A DNA stretch of 62,501 nucleotides from Candidatus Poseidoniaceae archaeon. Lineage in GTDB: Archaea; Thermoplasmatota; Poseidoniia; Poseidoniales; Poseidoniaceae. The DNA lies in the NCBI GenBank assembly GCA_949373075.1, contig CASIBX010000011.1, positions 1-62,501 on the forward strand. The letters are read 5' to 3'. Below the pieces are notes generated by a model, which was given only the letters and a program-made list of their open reading frames with translations, did no database searches and had not been told where the DNA came from. The position numbers were made by a program, and so were the translations under genes. Positions 11,217-22,400 of this stretch are shown piece after piece. The number at the start of each line of letters is the position of its first letter. Position 1 is the stretch's first letter.

Positions 11217-13445
11217 CTACAATGTAATTCCAAACGAGAACGCAGCACTACCAACGAAAATTAGTCCACCTACGATATATCCAAGGATTGCTCCTCCGTT
11301 GAGTAATGGTAATCCAGCTTGAGGTCTACCAGATGCGACATATCCCATGAGTACAAAGTATCCAACCAATCCACCTATCAAAGCAGAGATTCCTACTGCA
11401 AGACCATCGGTTGGAATTGAATCAACACATGAAATGACTAGCATACCAGGGAATATTACGTCTCCAAGACCCATAAACATCGCCTCTTTAGGTTTCTTAC
11501 GCTTTTTCATGACAGGTTGAGCACCTTCAGGGGCATTACCGTCTTGCGAAGTTGCAACCGGGCGAATACTATCCTTTTCATCTAACATCGAATAACCACT
11601 CTCTTGAGGAGCGACCAGCAAAATCGGCAAATTGAGGCCGATCATAGTATCTGCTAAGTCTAGCATATGCTTGGAGCGGTAGACGGCCCAAGCGTCATAA
11701 ATCGCAGCAAGAATCATGAATATCACAATTAGTGTCGGGACAAAGGTAACTCCAAGCATTACAATTACTCCGCCTCCAACTAGTACTCCTACGGTGTTAA
11801 CAACATACCATTCTGGATGTACGATTAACAAAACCATCAGGACTACTGCTATTACTAATCCAACAAGCGTTGCATCGTCTGATAATTGAATCCCATAAGT
11901 ATTGTACATGTTATCTGAATCAAAATCTCCAGTGCTAACATTCATTGAATAAATACCATCCAGTTCATCGACTACAACTTTGCTGATAATTTGGACAGTC
12001 TCTCCATCAAGTGATAATTTACTACCCTCTGGAACTTCAACATCAAATGTTGTGTATTCGATAAGTGAGGAGTAAAATAGTCCGTGTATTCCATCGGCGT
12101 CACCAATCCATAATTCGTTTTCATCATCACCACTTATGTCAAAACTATCTATTGCGCTGATAGGGCCTTTGAAAGCATCACCTGCTAAGAAACGGTCTTC
12201 CACCTCAAACTCCCCATCACCTTTGGAACCGGTTGTATCATCATCGACAATAAACGCCTCGAGCAAACCATTATCTCGACCCACAATAGCCAACTGATCA
12301 CCATCATCCCAAGGACTAGGAACTATATTGAATGCAGTAATTGGATTCCCTTCACTAGAATCATAAAGCCACTCAGTGGTGCTTTCATCAATCCATCCGT
12401 TAGGAATAATTGGGCCATCGAAAGTACCTGCTGTCTCTTCCAAATGAATTATTGTTGCACCAACTGGGCTTACCAGCAGCATGCTGTCTGTATCTAATTG
12501 CTTAATCTGTAATATTTCCTCATTCAGTTGCAATTGTGGGAACGACCACTTAGCCTGAAGAGATGTTAAGTTGACGTCGTGGAATGTGTTCATACGAATT
12601 AATTCGCTGGCTGCATTTGTAATGTAAAGTGCTCCTTTAGCCGTTCCTGTATCACCATCTGGCTCTTCTACAACTTCTAAGGCAGTGATACAACCCCTTA
12701 TGTTCTGGTCTTCACGAATGTCTTCCATTGTGCCATTCCAATCCTCGGAGTCGAAGCAGGCATACTTGCTCAAAATTTCCCCACTATCCTTCTCGAAAGA
12801 CCAAACCCACATCCCATTAGTTGCAGTGTAAGCGTATTCTCCTTCCATCAAACTGATACTTGGCTGACCTGGGAAGGCGTCGATTTCATGTTGCCATTCT
12901 ACAGAAGAGGCGTTTGCTGAACGCTTTGAAATTACAAAAGAATGTTCCTCAATAGTCTGACCCAATTGCACAACCTGAGTAATCATAGACCCATCCGAAT
13001 TGAATGAAATAACATCTTCTTCAAATAATTCAGAATCAGTAAAAACAAATGCCTCGGTCTCAACTTCTGGTACCAGCAATATATGAGATCCAGGGACTGT
13101 AGTATAGCACAGTGCGAGGAATAAAACCGATAATAAACCGTACTTTATCACCTTCTGCAAGTGCTTTTTAGCAAGCCAGAGAATTAGGAAAGTAAATGCA
13201 AAAATTGCAACCAATTCAAGCATTATCCATCTTGCTTGTGTAGCTCCTGACTCACCGAATGCTTGTAATCCAGCAGCATTGAACCAAGGTTGTAACCAAA
13301 GTCCTAGACATATGGTGATAACGAACATAAATGCCATGCCAATCATACCTGGCGCTTGTTCAAGCATATTGGACAGAAGACTGTCTTCTTTGGCCAATTC
13401 ACGCTCAACGCGTTTGACATGGTCTACCGATGTCGACTCTCCCAT
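11217..13445 (-). CDS. Presenilin/signal-peptide-peptidase family (A22, GxGD) intramembrane aspartyl protease with a large soluble insertion
   Basis: AIYDAWAV (YD), MGLGDVIFPG (GxGD) and PQAGLPLLN (PAL-like) motifs; 3 TMs, ~400 aa acidic region, then the remaining TMs. Start set to ATG 13445 (track gives 13481). Confidence 0.88.
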   Translation of the reverse strand: MGESTSVDHVKRVERELAKEDSLLSNMLEQAPGMIGMAFMFVITICLGLWLQPWFNAAGLQAFGESGATQARWIMLELVAIFAFTFLILWLAKKHLQKVIKYGLLSVLFLALCYTTVPGSHILLVPEVETEAFVFTDSELFEEDVISFNSDGSMITQVVQLGQTIEEHSFVISKRSANASSVEWQHEIDAFPGQPSISLMEGEYAYTATNGMWVWSFEKDSGEILSKYACFDSEDWNGTMEDIREDQNIRGCITALEVVEEPDGDTGTAKGALYITNAASELIRMNTFHDVNLTSLQAKWSFPQLQLNEEILQIKQLDTDSMLLVSPVGATIIHLEETAGTFDGPIIPNGWIDESTTEWLYDSSEGNPITAFNIVPSPWDDGDQLAIVGRDNGLLEAFIVDDDTTGSKGDGEFEVEDRFLAGDAFKGPISAIDSFDISGDDENELWIGDADGIHGLFYSSLIEYTTFDVEVPEGSKLSLDGETVQIISKVVVDELDGIYSMNVSTGDFDSDNMYNTYGIQLSDDATLVGLVIAVVLMVLLIVHPEWYVVNTVGVLVGGGVIVMLGVTFVPTLIVIFMILAAIYDAWAVYRSKHMLDLADTMIGLNLPILLVAPQESGYSMLDEKDSIRPVATSQDGNAPEGAQPVMKKRKKPKEAMFMGLGDVIFPGMLVISCVDSIPTDGLAVGISALIGGLVGYFVLMGYVASGRPQAGLPLLNGGAILGYIVGGLIFVGSAAFSFGITL

Positions 13446-13490
13446 GCTTTGTACCGAGAGTGAGGGTGGTTTTCTAATCATTGGAGTGTG

Positions 13491-13507
13491 TGGCCCCTAC
13501 GGGGCCA
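13491..13507. promoter_or_regulatory. GC-rich palindrome with 3-nt spacer between the divergent presenilin and folC genes
   Basis: TGGCCCC-TAC-GGGGCCA, perfect 7-bp arms. Confidence 0.55.
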
Positions 13508-14638
13508 GTGACGGTGGTGACGAGTAGGCAGTGGTTAGAAGCCTCCAAAAAGAAGGGTATGACGCTCGGCCTTTCTCGTGTAAACGAGGCACTGGGAGCC
13601 CTTGGAAGACCGGATAAAGAGATGGATTGTATCCATGTTGCTGGCTCGAATGGTAAAGGAAGTGCTTGTTCACAGATAGTTGCGGGATTGGTTAGGGCAA
13701 ATTACCGAGTTGGGCTGTTCTCATCACCACATTTGATTGAAATTGAAGAACGAATCAGAGTCGATGGTAAATCGATTTCTAGTGAAGATTTTGATACCGC
13801 TATTTCCAAAATACAGGGATTAGAAATGGAATTGACTTTTTTTGAAATTACTTACCTCGCATCACTCGTTGCCTGCCGTGATGCAGGAGTGTCCATCATG
13901 GTTCTTGAAACAGGATTAGGTGGCAGATTAGATGCCACAAGGTCTGCTGACGTTGTAGGATGCCTAGTAACCTCTGTTAGCCTAGAACATAGTGATATTT
14001 TAGGCGATACAATAGAACAGATTGCGCGTGAAAAGGCAGCGATTTGGCGTCCAGGAGTTCCTATGCTGATTAGGGACCCCGAGTCTGCAAGTATTCGTAA
14101 TGCAATGAGAGATGAAGCGATAAGTGCTCGATTCTATCAGCCAGAACAATCCTCTTTCATGGAAGAAGCAGCGGATTTGGCTGAGGTGATATGCCACATG
14201 ATTGGATATTCATTTGTCAGGCGCCCAATTCTAATGCCTGCTAGAATGCAATTGGTTGAAAGTGAGCCGAGGTTATTGCTAGATGCAGCACACAATCCTA
14301 GTGGGATGCGGAGATCTATCCCGGAAATTGTGAAGATTTTACCAGAAAATTGGTCTCTATTATTCGGTACATCTCCTCAACAATATATGCAAGAGTTCCT
14401 AGAACCATTACACGCTTTGATTGAACATTTCCCACCTAAAGAAATCATTACAACCGAGCCACAAAACGGGAGATATCCAGGTGTTAGCAAACCGATGGAC
14501 GGGGTTATGCACATTGAAAATCCAGTGGATGCAATCCAGTCATTTACTCAGCCATGTGATTTGATTTTAGTTATTGGCTCACTATATCTTTGCGGGAATA
14601 TTCTTTCTCATATGGAATTAGATGTCAACATACTTTGA
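13508..14638 (+). CDS. folC: Folylpolyglutamate synthase/dihydrofolate synthase
   Basis: IHVAGSNGKGS, FSSPHL...ERI, TFFE, LETGLGGRLDAT, EHSDILG...IAREKAAI, LDAAHNP, GSLYLCG; start codon uncertain (GTG 13508-13517). Confidence 0.9.
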   Translation: MTVVTSRQWLEASKKKGMTLGLSRVNEALGALGRPDKEMDCIHVAGSNGKGSACSQIVAGLVRANYRVGLFSSPHLIEIEERIRVDGKSISSEDFDTAISKIQGLEMELTFFEITYLASLVACRDAGVSIMVLETGLGGRLDATRSADVVGCLVTSVSLEHSDILGDTIEQIAREKAAIWRPGVPMLIRDPESASIRNAMRDEAISARFYQPEQSSFMEEAADLAEVICHMIGYSFVRRPILMPARMQLVESEPRLLLDAAHNPSGMRRSIPEIVKILPENWSLLFGTSPQQYMQEFLEPLHALIEHFPPKEIITTEPQNGRYPGVSKPMDGVMHIENPVDAIQSFTQPCDLILVIGSLYLCGNILSHMELDVNIL

Positions 14639-14711
14639 TGAATAGGTCGCCCCTGAGGGGGGTGTAGGGGAATTATTCGCCTAACCAATTTCAACAATAT
14701 TAGGTGATTAA

Positions 14712-15149
14712 ATGACTTCAAAATGGGATTTAAGATTCATAGAATTGGCAAGACATATCTCGGGATGGAGTAAAGACCCATCAACAAAGGTTGGATGTGT
14801 CGTCGTAGGTGAAGACCGTGAAATTCGCTCAACAGGTTTCAATGGCTTTCCTCGAGGAATCAATGATGATGCTGAAAGATTGGCTGACAGAGAAAAAAAA
14901 TACCCTTTGATATGTCACGCTGAAGAGAATGCTATTATGCACGCAGCTAGAATCGGAGTTTCCCTCAAAGATAGCACCGCATATGTCACCTGGCCACCAT
15001 GTTCACGTTGTGCTAGATCTCTGATACAAGCCGGAATTAGAGAAGTTGTATATTCATCAAGTGAAGAAATACCAGAACGTTGGATTGAGGATTTTGAGAT
15101 TTCAACAGGTATGCTTGCAGAAGCCAATGTTTTAGTTCGCTCAGTTTGA
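14712..15149 (+). CDS. dCMP deaminase family protein
   Basis: SKDPSTKVGC, TGFNGFPRG, Zn motifs HAEENAI and PCSRC. Confidence 0.92.
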   Translation: MTSKWDLRFIELARHISGWSKDPSTKVGCVVVGEDREIRSTGFNGFPRGINDDAERLADREKKYPLICHAEENAIMHAARIGVSLKDSTAYVTWPPCSRCARSLIQAGIREVVYSSSEEIPERWIEDFEISTGMLAEANVLVRSV

Positions 15150-15227
15150 TTGCCAAACGTTGATTCACTACTGTAATCAGCGATTTTGACCGGTGTTTTC
15201 AAGGCGAAGTTTCCCCCGTAATTGTTT

Positions 15228-16373
15228 ATGCGAGCCATACCCGTCATAGCACTGGTTGTTTTGCTACTAATGCCAGGGTGCTCATACTTCGATGAAAATA
15301 ACAGTGATTCTGAACCTGAAGAGGTCTTAGAACCTGAAGTAGAATTGATTCAAGGCTGTACTGACCCTGAAGCAAATAATTTTGACAAATCTGCTGAAGA
15401 AGATGATGGTTCATGCGAATATGATGAGCCAGAACCGGAACCAGAACCGGTACTTGGCTGCACAGATTCTGATGCAGAAAACTATGACTCAAATGCAACA
15501 GAGGACGACGGTAATTGTCAATTCCTCGAAACTGTTCCTTGTAATGGTCTGGTAATTTTGTGTCACAGAACATATGACCATGTAACATTTCCAGAAACCC
15601 ATAATTCATTTTCAACCCATGAAGACAATATCTACTACCCAGCCAGTAATCATCGAACTGGTTTCCAGGCTCAATGGAATGCAGGTATGCGGGCATTCAT
15701 GCTCGACACTCATTACTTGACTACTGCAGATCAATCTGCTTCAGCTGTACGGTTTTGTCACGGTGATTCAGATAGAGGATTCAGCCCCTGCACTTATGGT
15801 GCAGTTGACCCTTGGGTTTGGCTCAATGCATTGGAATCAGAAATGAATAGTGAAGACAGGGATGTTGTAACGTTACTAGTTGAGAACCATGTTGAAGGTG
15901 ACCACTTGAAAGAATTATTTGACGATGTAGGACTTTCAGAGATTATGTATACCCATGAAATGAACGCAGAATGGCCTACCCTCATTGAACTGATTAATAT
16001 GGACAAGCGACTTGTTGTGTTCTGGGAACAACCTGGTGATTCATCTCATCCTTATTTCCATGATTTCTTGACCCACAGTTGGACTACAAATTATGCTGAT
16101 GAGGACACTTCTTCAATGGACTGTGAACCATTACGAGGCGATTCAAATCAGCCTGCATTTCATATGAATAATTGGTTAAAGAATCAGGCCGGTCTATCCG
16201 ACCCGACTAGAGCAGGGGAAGCCAACAATGTTGATTTCATGGTTGATAGGGCGTTAGAATGTATTGAAACACACGGTAAAAGACCGACATTCATTGCTGT
16301 AGATTGGTGGGAAGAAGGCGATGTCGTTGAAGCGGTAAAGCGTGTGAATCAATTAGAATTAGAAGACGACTAA
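15228..16373 (+). CDS. Lipoprotein with two GCTD repeats and a PI-PLC X-domain-like phosphodiesterase
   Basis: Signal/lipobox MPGC; two GCTD..A.N(F/Y)D..A.EDDG.C repeats; THNSF, RAFMLDTH, FCHG, DVVTLLVEN, PTFIAVDWW. Confidence 0.78.
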   Translation: MRAIPVIALVVLLLMPGCSYFDENNSDSEPEEVLEPEVELIQGCTDPEANNFDKSAEEDDGSCEYDEPEPEPEPVLGCTDSDAENYDSNATEDDGNCQFLETVPCNGLVILCHRTYDHVTFPETHNSFSTHEDNIYYPASNHRTGFQAQWNAGMRAFMLDTHYLTTADQSASAVRFCHGDSDRGFSPCTYGAVDPWVWLNALESEMNSEDRDVVTLLVENHVEGDHLKELFDDVGLSEIMYTHEMNAEWPTLIELINMDKRLVVFWEQPGDSSHPYFHDFLTHSWTTNYADEDTSSMDCEPLRGDSNQPAFHMNNWLKNQAGLSDPTRAGEANNVDFMVDRALECIETHGKRPTFIAVDWWEEGDVVEAVKRVNQLELEDD

Positions 16374-19300
16374 CCCCAGAACCTTCTAGTTCTGGCATAT
16401 TCAATTTCAGCGATGTGAATTGCTTCCAGTAACCCTTCAAGGTCACCTCGCTGCACCTTTCGCATCAACCTCTGACATGTCGCTTCTCCAACCCCTCTAC
16501 CCATCAAGGCCAATATTGCATCCATTCCTCTATTGGCAACAGTTTGAGCATTCTTCATCATACGTTCTCGGTCTTTCTCGTCGTCTGACTTTACCCAAGC
16601 GATCAATTGCTTCTCTAGGCCTTCACGCATACATGCCAACATCTTACCTCCACATTTGAGGCAATTCTTAGCGTCGCTAATTTCAGGATATCTTGCAACC
16701 CTAAACCGCCTTACTGAGGCACAGCGTAAGCAGCATAAAATCGCTCTTTCATTCATCAACCTACCTTCCAATCGTGCTCGAACTTGCTGATTGTCGAAAT
16801 TTGGAAGTAACAAATCTTTTTCAGAACGACTTGAAATCCCCAATGGGCCTGCCGCAGAAACCTCCAACCCAATAAGTCCTGATTGAATTGCTCGTAACAC
16901 ATCTGTCGCTCCAGCGATATCCATTCTTTCATGGAAAAGTTTGTTCAACACCTCTTCCATCACTGGAGTGCCCCTATACTTTTTCAGTAGAGCTTGGAGG
17001 TTGATTTTTCTCGGGTCGACCCCATGTTTCAAGATTCCGAAAACCTTAGCGACTTGAGCAAACCTCCAACGTACTTCTCTTGAATTTGGCAGAGTAACTG
17101 ATAGAACACCTTCTAGCGCTTCAGGCGGAGTCTCAGACATCCATTCTATCAATTCGGCAGGCCTTACTCCTGCAACCTGTAATGAGATTCTGCATGGCTC
17201 AACGATTAATCGTCCCCATTTACCTGAACGGGTACTCGCCATTGCAAGAAGATAATGCCCTATCGCCTCATTGATGCGATTACCTTGACACGAGTTTACG
17301 ATTAATGCCTTATCTCTATCTTCGATAGTTATCAAACGCTCAGAAGGAACCATGTTTGTAGAATTAAAATGAGTGCTAACAATGTCTGCTAGAATCCCTT
17401 TTGCTTCACCATTTAGGGGATAGTCATCTAATTTAGAGTCACCACCGAGGAGACCTGCAGGGTCTATTTGAGTAATTTCTTCATCTTCCATCAACCCTAA
17501 ATCAATCGCAAATAATCTTCTCAGCCTGCCTGCTTCACGAGCAATTTCGGCAGGGGTCGGGGGGAGTTCTCCAACCCACTGAGGAGCATGCCCTTGGTCA
17601 GAAACAGGTGCAACTAACAATTCGCTTTTTTCAGGGTCAGCATCGATTACAATCCAGGTTCTTCCAGCCATAACAAACCTTCTCTGACTGCCATCTTGAT
17701 CTTCACCACCATCATTCAATGAAAGTACGAAAGCCTCATCGACATTACCAAGACTCTTACGAGTAACAGCATCTCTAACTCTGTATGATTGCTTATCTGG
17801 AATCATCGAAAGATGATTTGTTACCCATTGACGAGTTCTTCCGGAGCGGCTAATCCATCCCTTAGCATATTTCTTAGGGGCTTCGAATGTCAAACTTGCA
17901 AGTTTGTCACTTGGAGTTTCATTGTAAGCAAGTTTAGGCTGTTCAGGTAAATCCTCCTTAGAATGTGTTACCAATTCTTGCCACACATCATGAGGCCAGC
18001 GATACCAAGGTACATTTTTCGGATTATCTTCACAACGAATGACCCATCCATCGGCGAGAATATTTCCTATTGCTATCGTATCTTCTCTTCGCCATCCTTC
18101 AAATTGTACAGCACCACCAATCGCTTCTGTAATCGTATCTATTGGCAGGGCGCCGTGGCTGTGAACCATCATAACAATTTGATTTGCAGCAACCGAGAGA
18201 GGCTTTTCCCTCCACTCCACTGGCTCTATTTCGCCTGCAATTGCTTTGCGGGAGATTACTGCGGCTTCTGTGAGGTCATCACTTTCCCAACCTAGTAAAT
18301 TTCCACTACCAATTCCACCAAGTCTGTGATCGGCACGCCCAACTCTTTGCAGTATTCTATCTACTGAACGAGGAGAGCGGATTTGTATAATATGATTGAC
18401 GCTACCGACATCGATTCCCAATTCTAGGCTTGAAGTGCAAACCAATCCCTGAAGTTTGCCATCTCGCAAATCATCTTCCATTTGGGCTCTAGTCTCCTTA
18501 GCCAAAGAACCATGATGTACACCTATTGCTAAGTCAGGTCCAATCGCTTGTAATCTTTGAGAAACTGTTTCAGCACTATTTCTTGAGTTGACGAAAACTA
18601 AGCATGGATGTCGTTTAGAAATTATATCTGCTAAGCCGCGAAGTGTGGCATGGGCTCGGGGAGAGATTGCTAATTCTAATGAGCCGATTTCGTCTTCGGG
18701 TGTTTGGATGATTGCATCAACTGACAATTCAGTATAGCGTGGAGCTATAGCGACGATAGGTTGGGCATCTTTTGAAAGCCATTTAGCGACTTGGTCTGGA
18801 TTTCCAATGGTGGCTGAGAGACCAACTTTCTGAATAGGGGAGCCTTTGAAGGCTTCTAGTCTCGACAAACCAACTGATAATTGCCAACCTCTTTCACCAT
18901 CTGCGATTTCATGTATCTCATCGATTACGACCGCTTTTACAGTACGTAGTAATTCACGTAATCGAGAACCTGTGAACATTAATTGAAATGTTTCAGGAGT
19001 AGTAATCATCACATTTGGAGGCTTGCGAACATGCTTGTTTCTTTCTGATTGGGGAGTATCTCCATGCCTTAGGCCAAGAGTAAGGCCAACCGCTGAAGTA
19101 ATCTCTTCCAGCCTTCGGTCAACGTCTCGATTCAAAGCTCGGAGAGGAGTGATGTAGAGAATTGACATTCCGACCCATTCTTCACGAAGACATCGGTCAA
19201 GCAGTGGGAGAATGGCCGCCATGGTTTTTCCAGAGCCTGTTGGGGCTACAACCAGACGGTCTTTCCCGTCTGCAATCTCATCTTGAGTGACTTGCTGAAC

Positions 19301-19378
19301 GGGTGTTGGTATCCATTTTCGCTCATCAAGAGCCTTCTGCAGACTCTTATCGAGTTTGGAGAAGACACCTTCGGCCAT
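16370..19378 (-). CDS. lhr: Lhr-family SF2 helicase
   Basis: APTGSGKT, YITPLRALNRD, RHGDT, TTPET, DEIH, GLSAT, HHGSL, TSSLELGIDVG, QRVGRADH, SMIPD; C-terminal CLRC/CLKC. Confidence 0.92.
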   Translation of the reverse strand: MAEGVFSKLDKSLQKALDERKWIPTPVQQVTQDEIADGKDRLVVAPTGSGKTMAAILPLLDRCLREEWVGMSILYITPLRALNRDVDRRLEEITSAVGLTLGLRHGDTPQSERNKHVRKPPNVMITTPETFQLMFTGSRLRELLRTVKAVVIDEIHEIADGERGWQLSVGLSRLEAFKGSPIQKVGLSATIGNPDQVAKWLSKDAQPIVAIAPRYTELSVDAIIQTPEDEIGSLELAISPRAHATLRGLADIISKRHPCLVFVNSRNSAETVSQRLQAIGPDLAIGVHHGSLAKETRAQMEDDLRDGKLQGLVCTSSLELGIDVGSVNHIIQIRSPRSVDRILQRVGRADHRLGGIGSGNLLGWESDDLTEAAVISRKAIAGEIEPVEWREKPLSVAANQIVMMVHSHGALPIDTITEAIGGAVQFEGWRREDTIAIGNILADGWVIRCEDNPKNVPWYRWPHDVWQELVTHSKEDLPEQPKLAYNETPSDKLASLTFEAPKKYAKGWISRSGRTRQWVTNHLSMIPDKQSYRVRDAVTRKSLGNVDEAFVLSLNDGGEDQDGSQRRFVMAGRTWIVIDADPEKSELLVAPVSDQGHAPQWVGELPPTPAEIAREAGRLRRLFAIDLGLMEDEEITQIDPAGLLGGDSKLDDYPLNGEAKGILADIVSTHFNSTNMVPSERLITIEDRDKALIVNSCQGNRINEAIGHYLLAMASTRSGKWGRLIVEPCRISLQVAGVRPAELIEWMSETPPEALEGVLSVTLPNSREVRWRFAQVAKVFGILKHGVDPRKINLQALLKKYRGTPVMEEVLNKLFHERMDIAGATDVLRAIQSGLIGLEVSAAGPLGISSRSEKDLLLPNFDNQQVRARLEGRLMNERAILCCLRCASVRRFRVARYPEISDAKNCLKCGGKMLACMREGLEKQLIAWVKSDDEKDRERMMKNAQTVANRGMDAILALMGRGVGEATCQRLMRKVQRGDLEGLLEAIHIAEIEYARTRRFWG

Positions 19379-19428
19379 ATCGATTGGGCGATGTCACTGG
19401 TTCAAGAGGGCAACGATTCAAATAACTA

Positions 19429-22400
19429 TCAATAGTCATCATCGTAATCGTCATCATCTTCGTAATCCTCATCATCATCATCTTCCGATTGGTCTTCCCA
19501 ATCTTCATCATAAAGTGAATCATCACTGTGAGTAATTGCAGTACGGTTTGCTGTAATTCCAATACCGACTAGAACGATTATTGACAGCATTGAGAATAAC
19601 CAGATTAGAGGTTGTTCACGAACTGAATCAAACCACCCCATGTAAGATACATATACAATCTCAACCTTGTGTTCCGCCGTATTATCATCATCGTTAACCT
19701 CGACGATAACATCGTCCGGATCAACTTGAACACGAATCCTGTCAACGCCTTCTTCAGCATTCCAAGTGGCTGTAACCGGGATTAGTTCTCCCGCTCCGAT
19801 TTTATTCAATGTAGTTGAATCAAAAGGAACAAGCGAATCACCTGCATAAAATGACACCTTGAATTGTGAAGATGTTTCTCCACCGACATTTTGTACATCT
19901 GCTGTAATTTTAATCTCTTGGCCAGGAGCAACATGGTCGTCAGATAGTGAAATCGATGCTATTTTCAATTGTGGACCTATAGCCCCCAAACGTACCCATT
20001 GTCGTTCAAAGTCCGTATCATCGGATGCTATTTCTGCAATTGGACTAGCTTCAGAATTGGACACTACAGGGAACTCATTCCCTGCTGAATCATATCCAGT
20101 GAGATAGAATCCTACCCAATCACCTTCACGCATAGTTACCCTTCCTTCATCTGTCAAATCAACAGTCCCTGTCCAGATTACTTGCTGTCCATTTTGCTGC
20201 ATACCCAATGTGGATTGGCCCGCCCCCATAGTCAAGGTGCGGCTATAATCTCGCATTACCCAATGAACAATTTGTTTAGAGCCCGTCATGTCTGCATCTT
20301 CAGTACCATGGAACTCGACTGGAACTTTAGTCAAATCAGTGGTAGACGATATATCGATAATATTGATCGGAGACGTACGACTCACAACTCTAGGTGCCGT
20401 ATCATCAACAATCACCCTCAAGGTGGTTGAAACTGTTTGACCAGTCATATCTTCTCCCTCACCAGGTATACCGCCTATCGAAATTAAACAGGTACGAGTT
20501 GGTGAGGACTTTAGCGTCTCTGCGTGCGATAGAGGAACTTCTACTGAATAGCCTCCATCATCCTCAAGGGAACCATCAGACCAAATGCTCTCTCCATCGA
20601 ATACTTCGATTACAATCGCTGCATTTCTAGGGGCAGGAACATTACTTCCTTCGTATACGACCCTGCCTGTGAATTCTAATCGGTCATCGTTTCTAACGCG
20701 ACTTCCATCGGCAACAATTCCAGTACGCGGTTCGCTGATATCTTCTACAAGGAATGATGATGGCTCTAATACCAAATCATTCTCAACAATGAAGGTATGT
20801 TCTGCTATGATGTGGCGTGTAGGGAATTCATATCCTCTCTCTTTGTATTCTAGAGATATATCTGAAATGTCCTCATCCGGCCAGTCCCAGCCGATAGTAA
20901 ATTGATAATCCAACAATATCCAAGGCATACCTGATTCATTGGTAGTCTGAACCATAGCTGAAGTGGATGCTAAATTAATGAAATCCGAATGACTCGCAAA
21001 TGTATCTGTTATTCCATAATAGGATATTCGTTGCTGGTCAACTTCACTATCTGGTCCTTCAAAATCAAACACTAAGTCAATATATTCGAAATCAATTGCA
21101 GTATTTGCATCGATTAACCCAAGGGAAATCGTTTGTTCAGTTCCAGCGAAAATTGGAGCACCGTCATTGTGGCCAAACCACTCTAAGCCAGTGAATATAG
21201 CACTGGAATCTTTTCGGCTTCGGAATGTTGCATCATCTTTGTCAAAACCAGGTCCTGTTTCCCAAGAATATGATTCATCATCCACTATTGTGGTGTGATG
21301 GAGAGGGTTACCTGCTCGGTCACCTCCGTCCCAATAATATGACACTCGACCCATATTTGGATTTCGAGAATGATCGATACTAGTGGAGAATGTCTTCAAG
21401 TCCGCTTCACTCTCATTGACTACAACCTTAGTTGCATACTCGCTTGGGTCAGCCTCACCGTTTCGGTTTAGGTCATGGTCTGCTTCAACCCAATAATACA
21501 GCGAGAGTTGTGTTGGATCACCAACTGCATCTGCGACTGTAACACTAACTTTTTGTGAATCATCAGCGGCTTCATAGGCATCATTCAGAGGAGTTGTTGC
21601 TAGAACTTCTGGTGAAGTTGCATCAACCTTGTATGTTCTGAACCAATCAGAGTTTGAGGCCATTACCATGCTAGCATCGCGTTCATTGTAGGTCTGAATC
21701 TCATATGCAAGACCACTTTCAACATCGATTTCAGGCATAATTATCGAGATGAAGAATGTACCATTCATGTTTGAAGTATCTCTCCAATCAGCATGTACAA
21801 ATCCATTTTGAGCAATTCGTACGTCAAATGCACTGTCCTTTGGCGCATCGTTTGAGTCCGCAAACCACATTGCCCCTTGGAAGTGAAGAGTTTCTCCAGC
21901 TGCAACCCAACTTCCGTCTTCGACGTCATTAGAAGTTACTTCTCCATCGTTATCCCTGATGTTTAACCATCCTAAGCCGAATGAGTTGTTTACACGCAGA
22001 CCTTCTGTACTAGATAGTGGAACTGGCTGGTATCCGTTTGTTCCAGATGTATCGAGACAGTTTGTCGTGAATCTCACATTTTCTTGGTCTGGGAAGTTAG
22101 AAGTCACATGGAATAACCAATGTATCTCCAAAATACCGTTGTTCAGGCTAGACCAAGATGAAGAGTCGATGTCAACCCAATCATCAGGGTCATTAGGTGA
22201 TGGGAAGATATCTCCGTCTTGCCATTCCAATGTTGGTGCACTGGAAGAAGGGGATGCCATGAATCCTAAGGTTGCAGATTGGATGTAGTTATTCGCTCCA
22301 TCTCCAACAATATGTCTTGTAACGACCTCATAAGGCTCATTTCTCTCATGCAGAATCTCACCTTCTGGGATACTAATATCCAGATTGACAGTATTGATTG

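Noticed and set aside
16370-19378. Possible inteins in Lhr, CDC48 or UvrB
   Set aside because: Insertions are short and lack intein splice-junction (C/S...HN) and homing-endonuclease motifs.
19429-19520. TCATCA/TCGTAA low-complexity repeats
   Set aside because: They encode the Asp/Glu/Tyr tail of the giant protein; not a separate repeat element.
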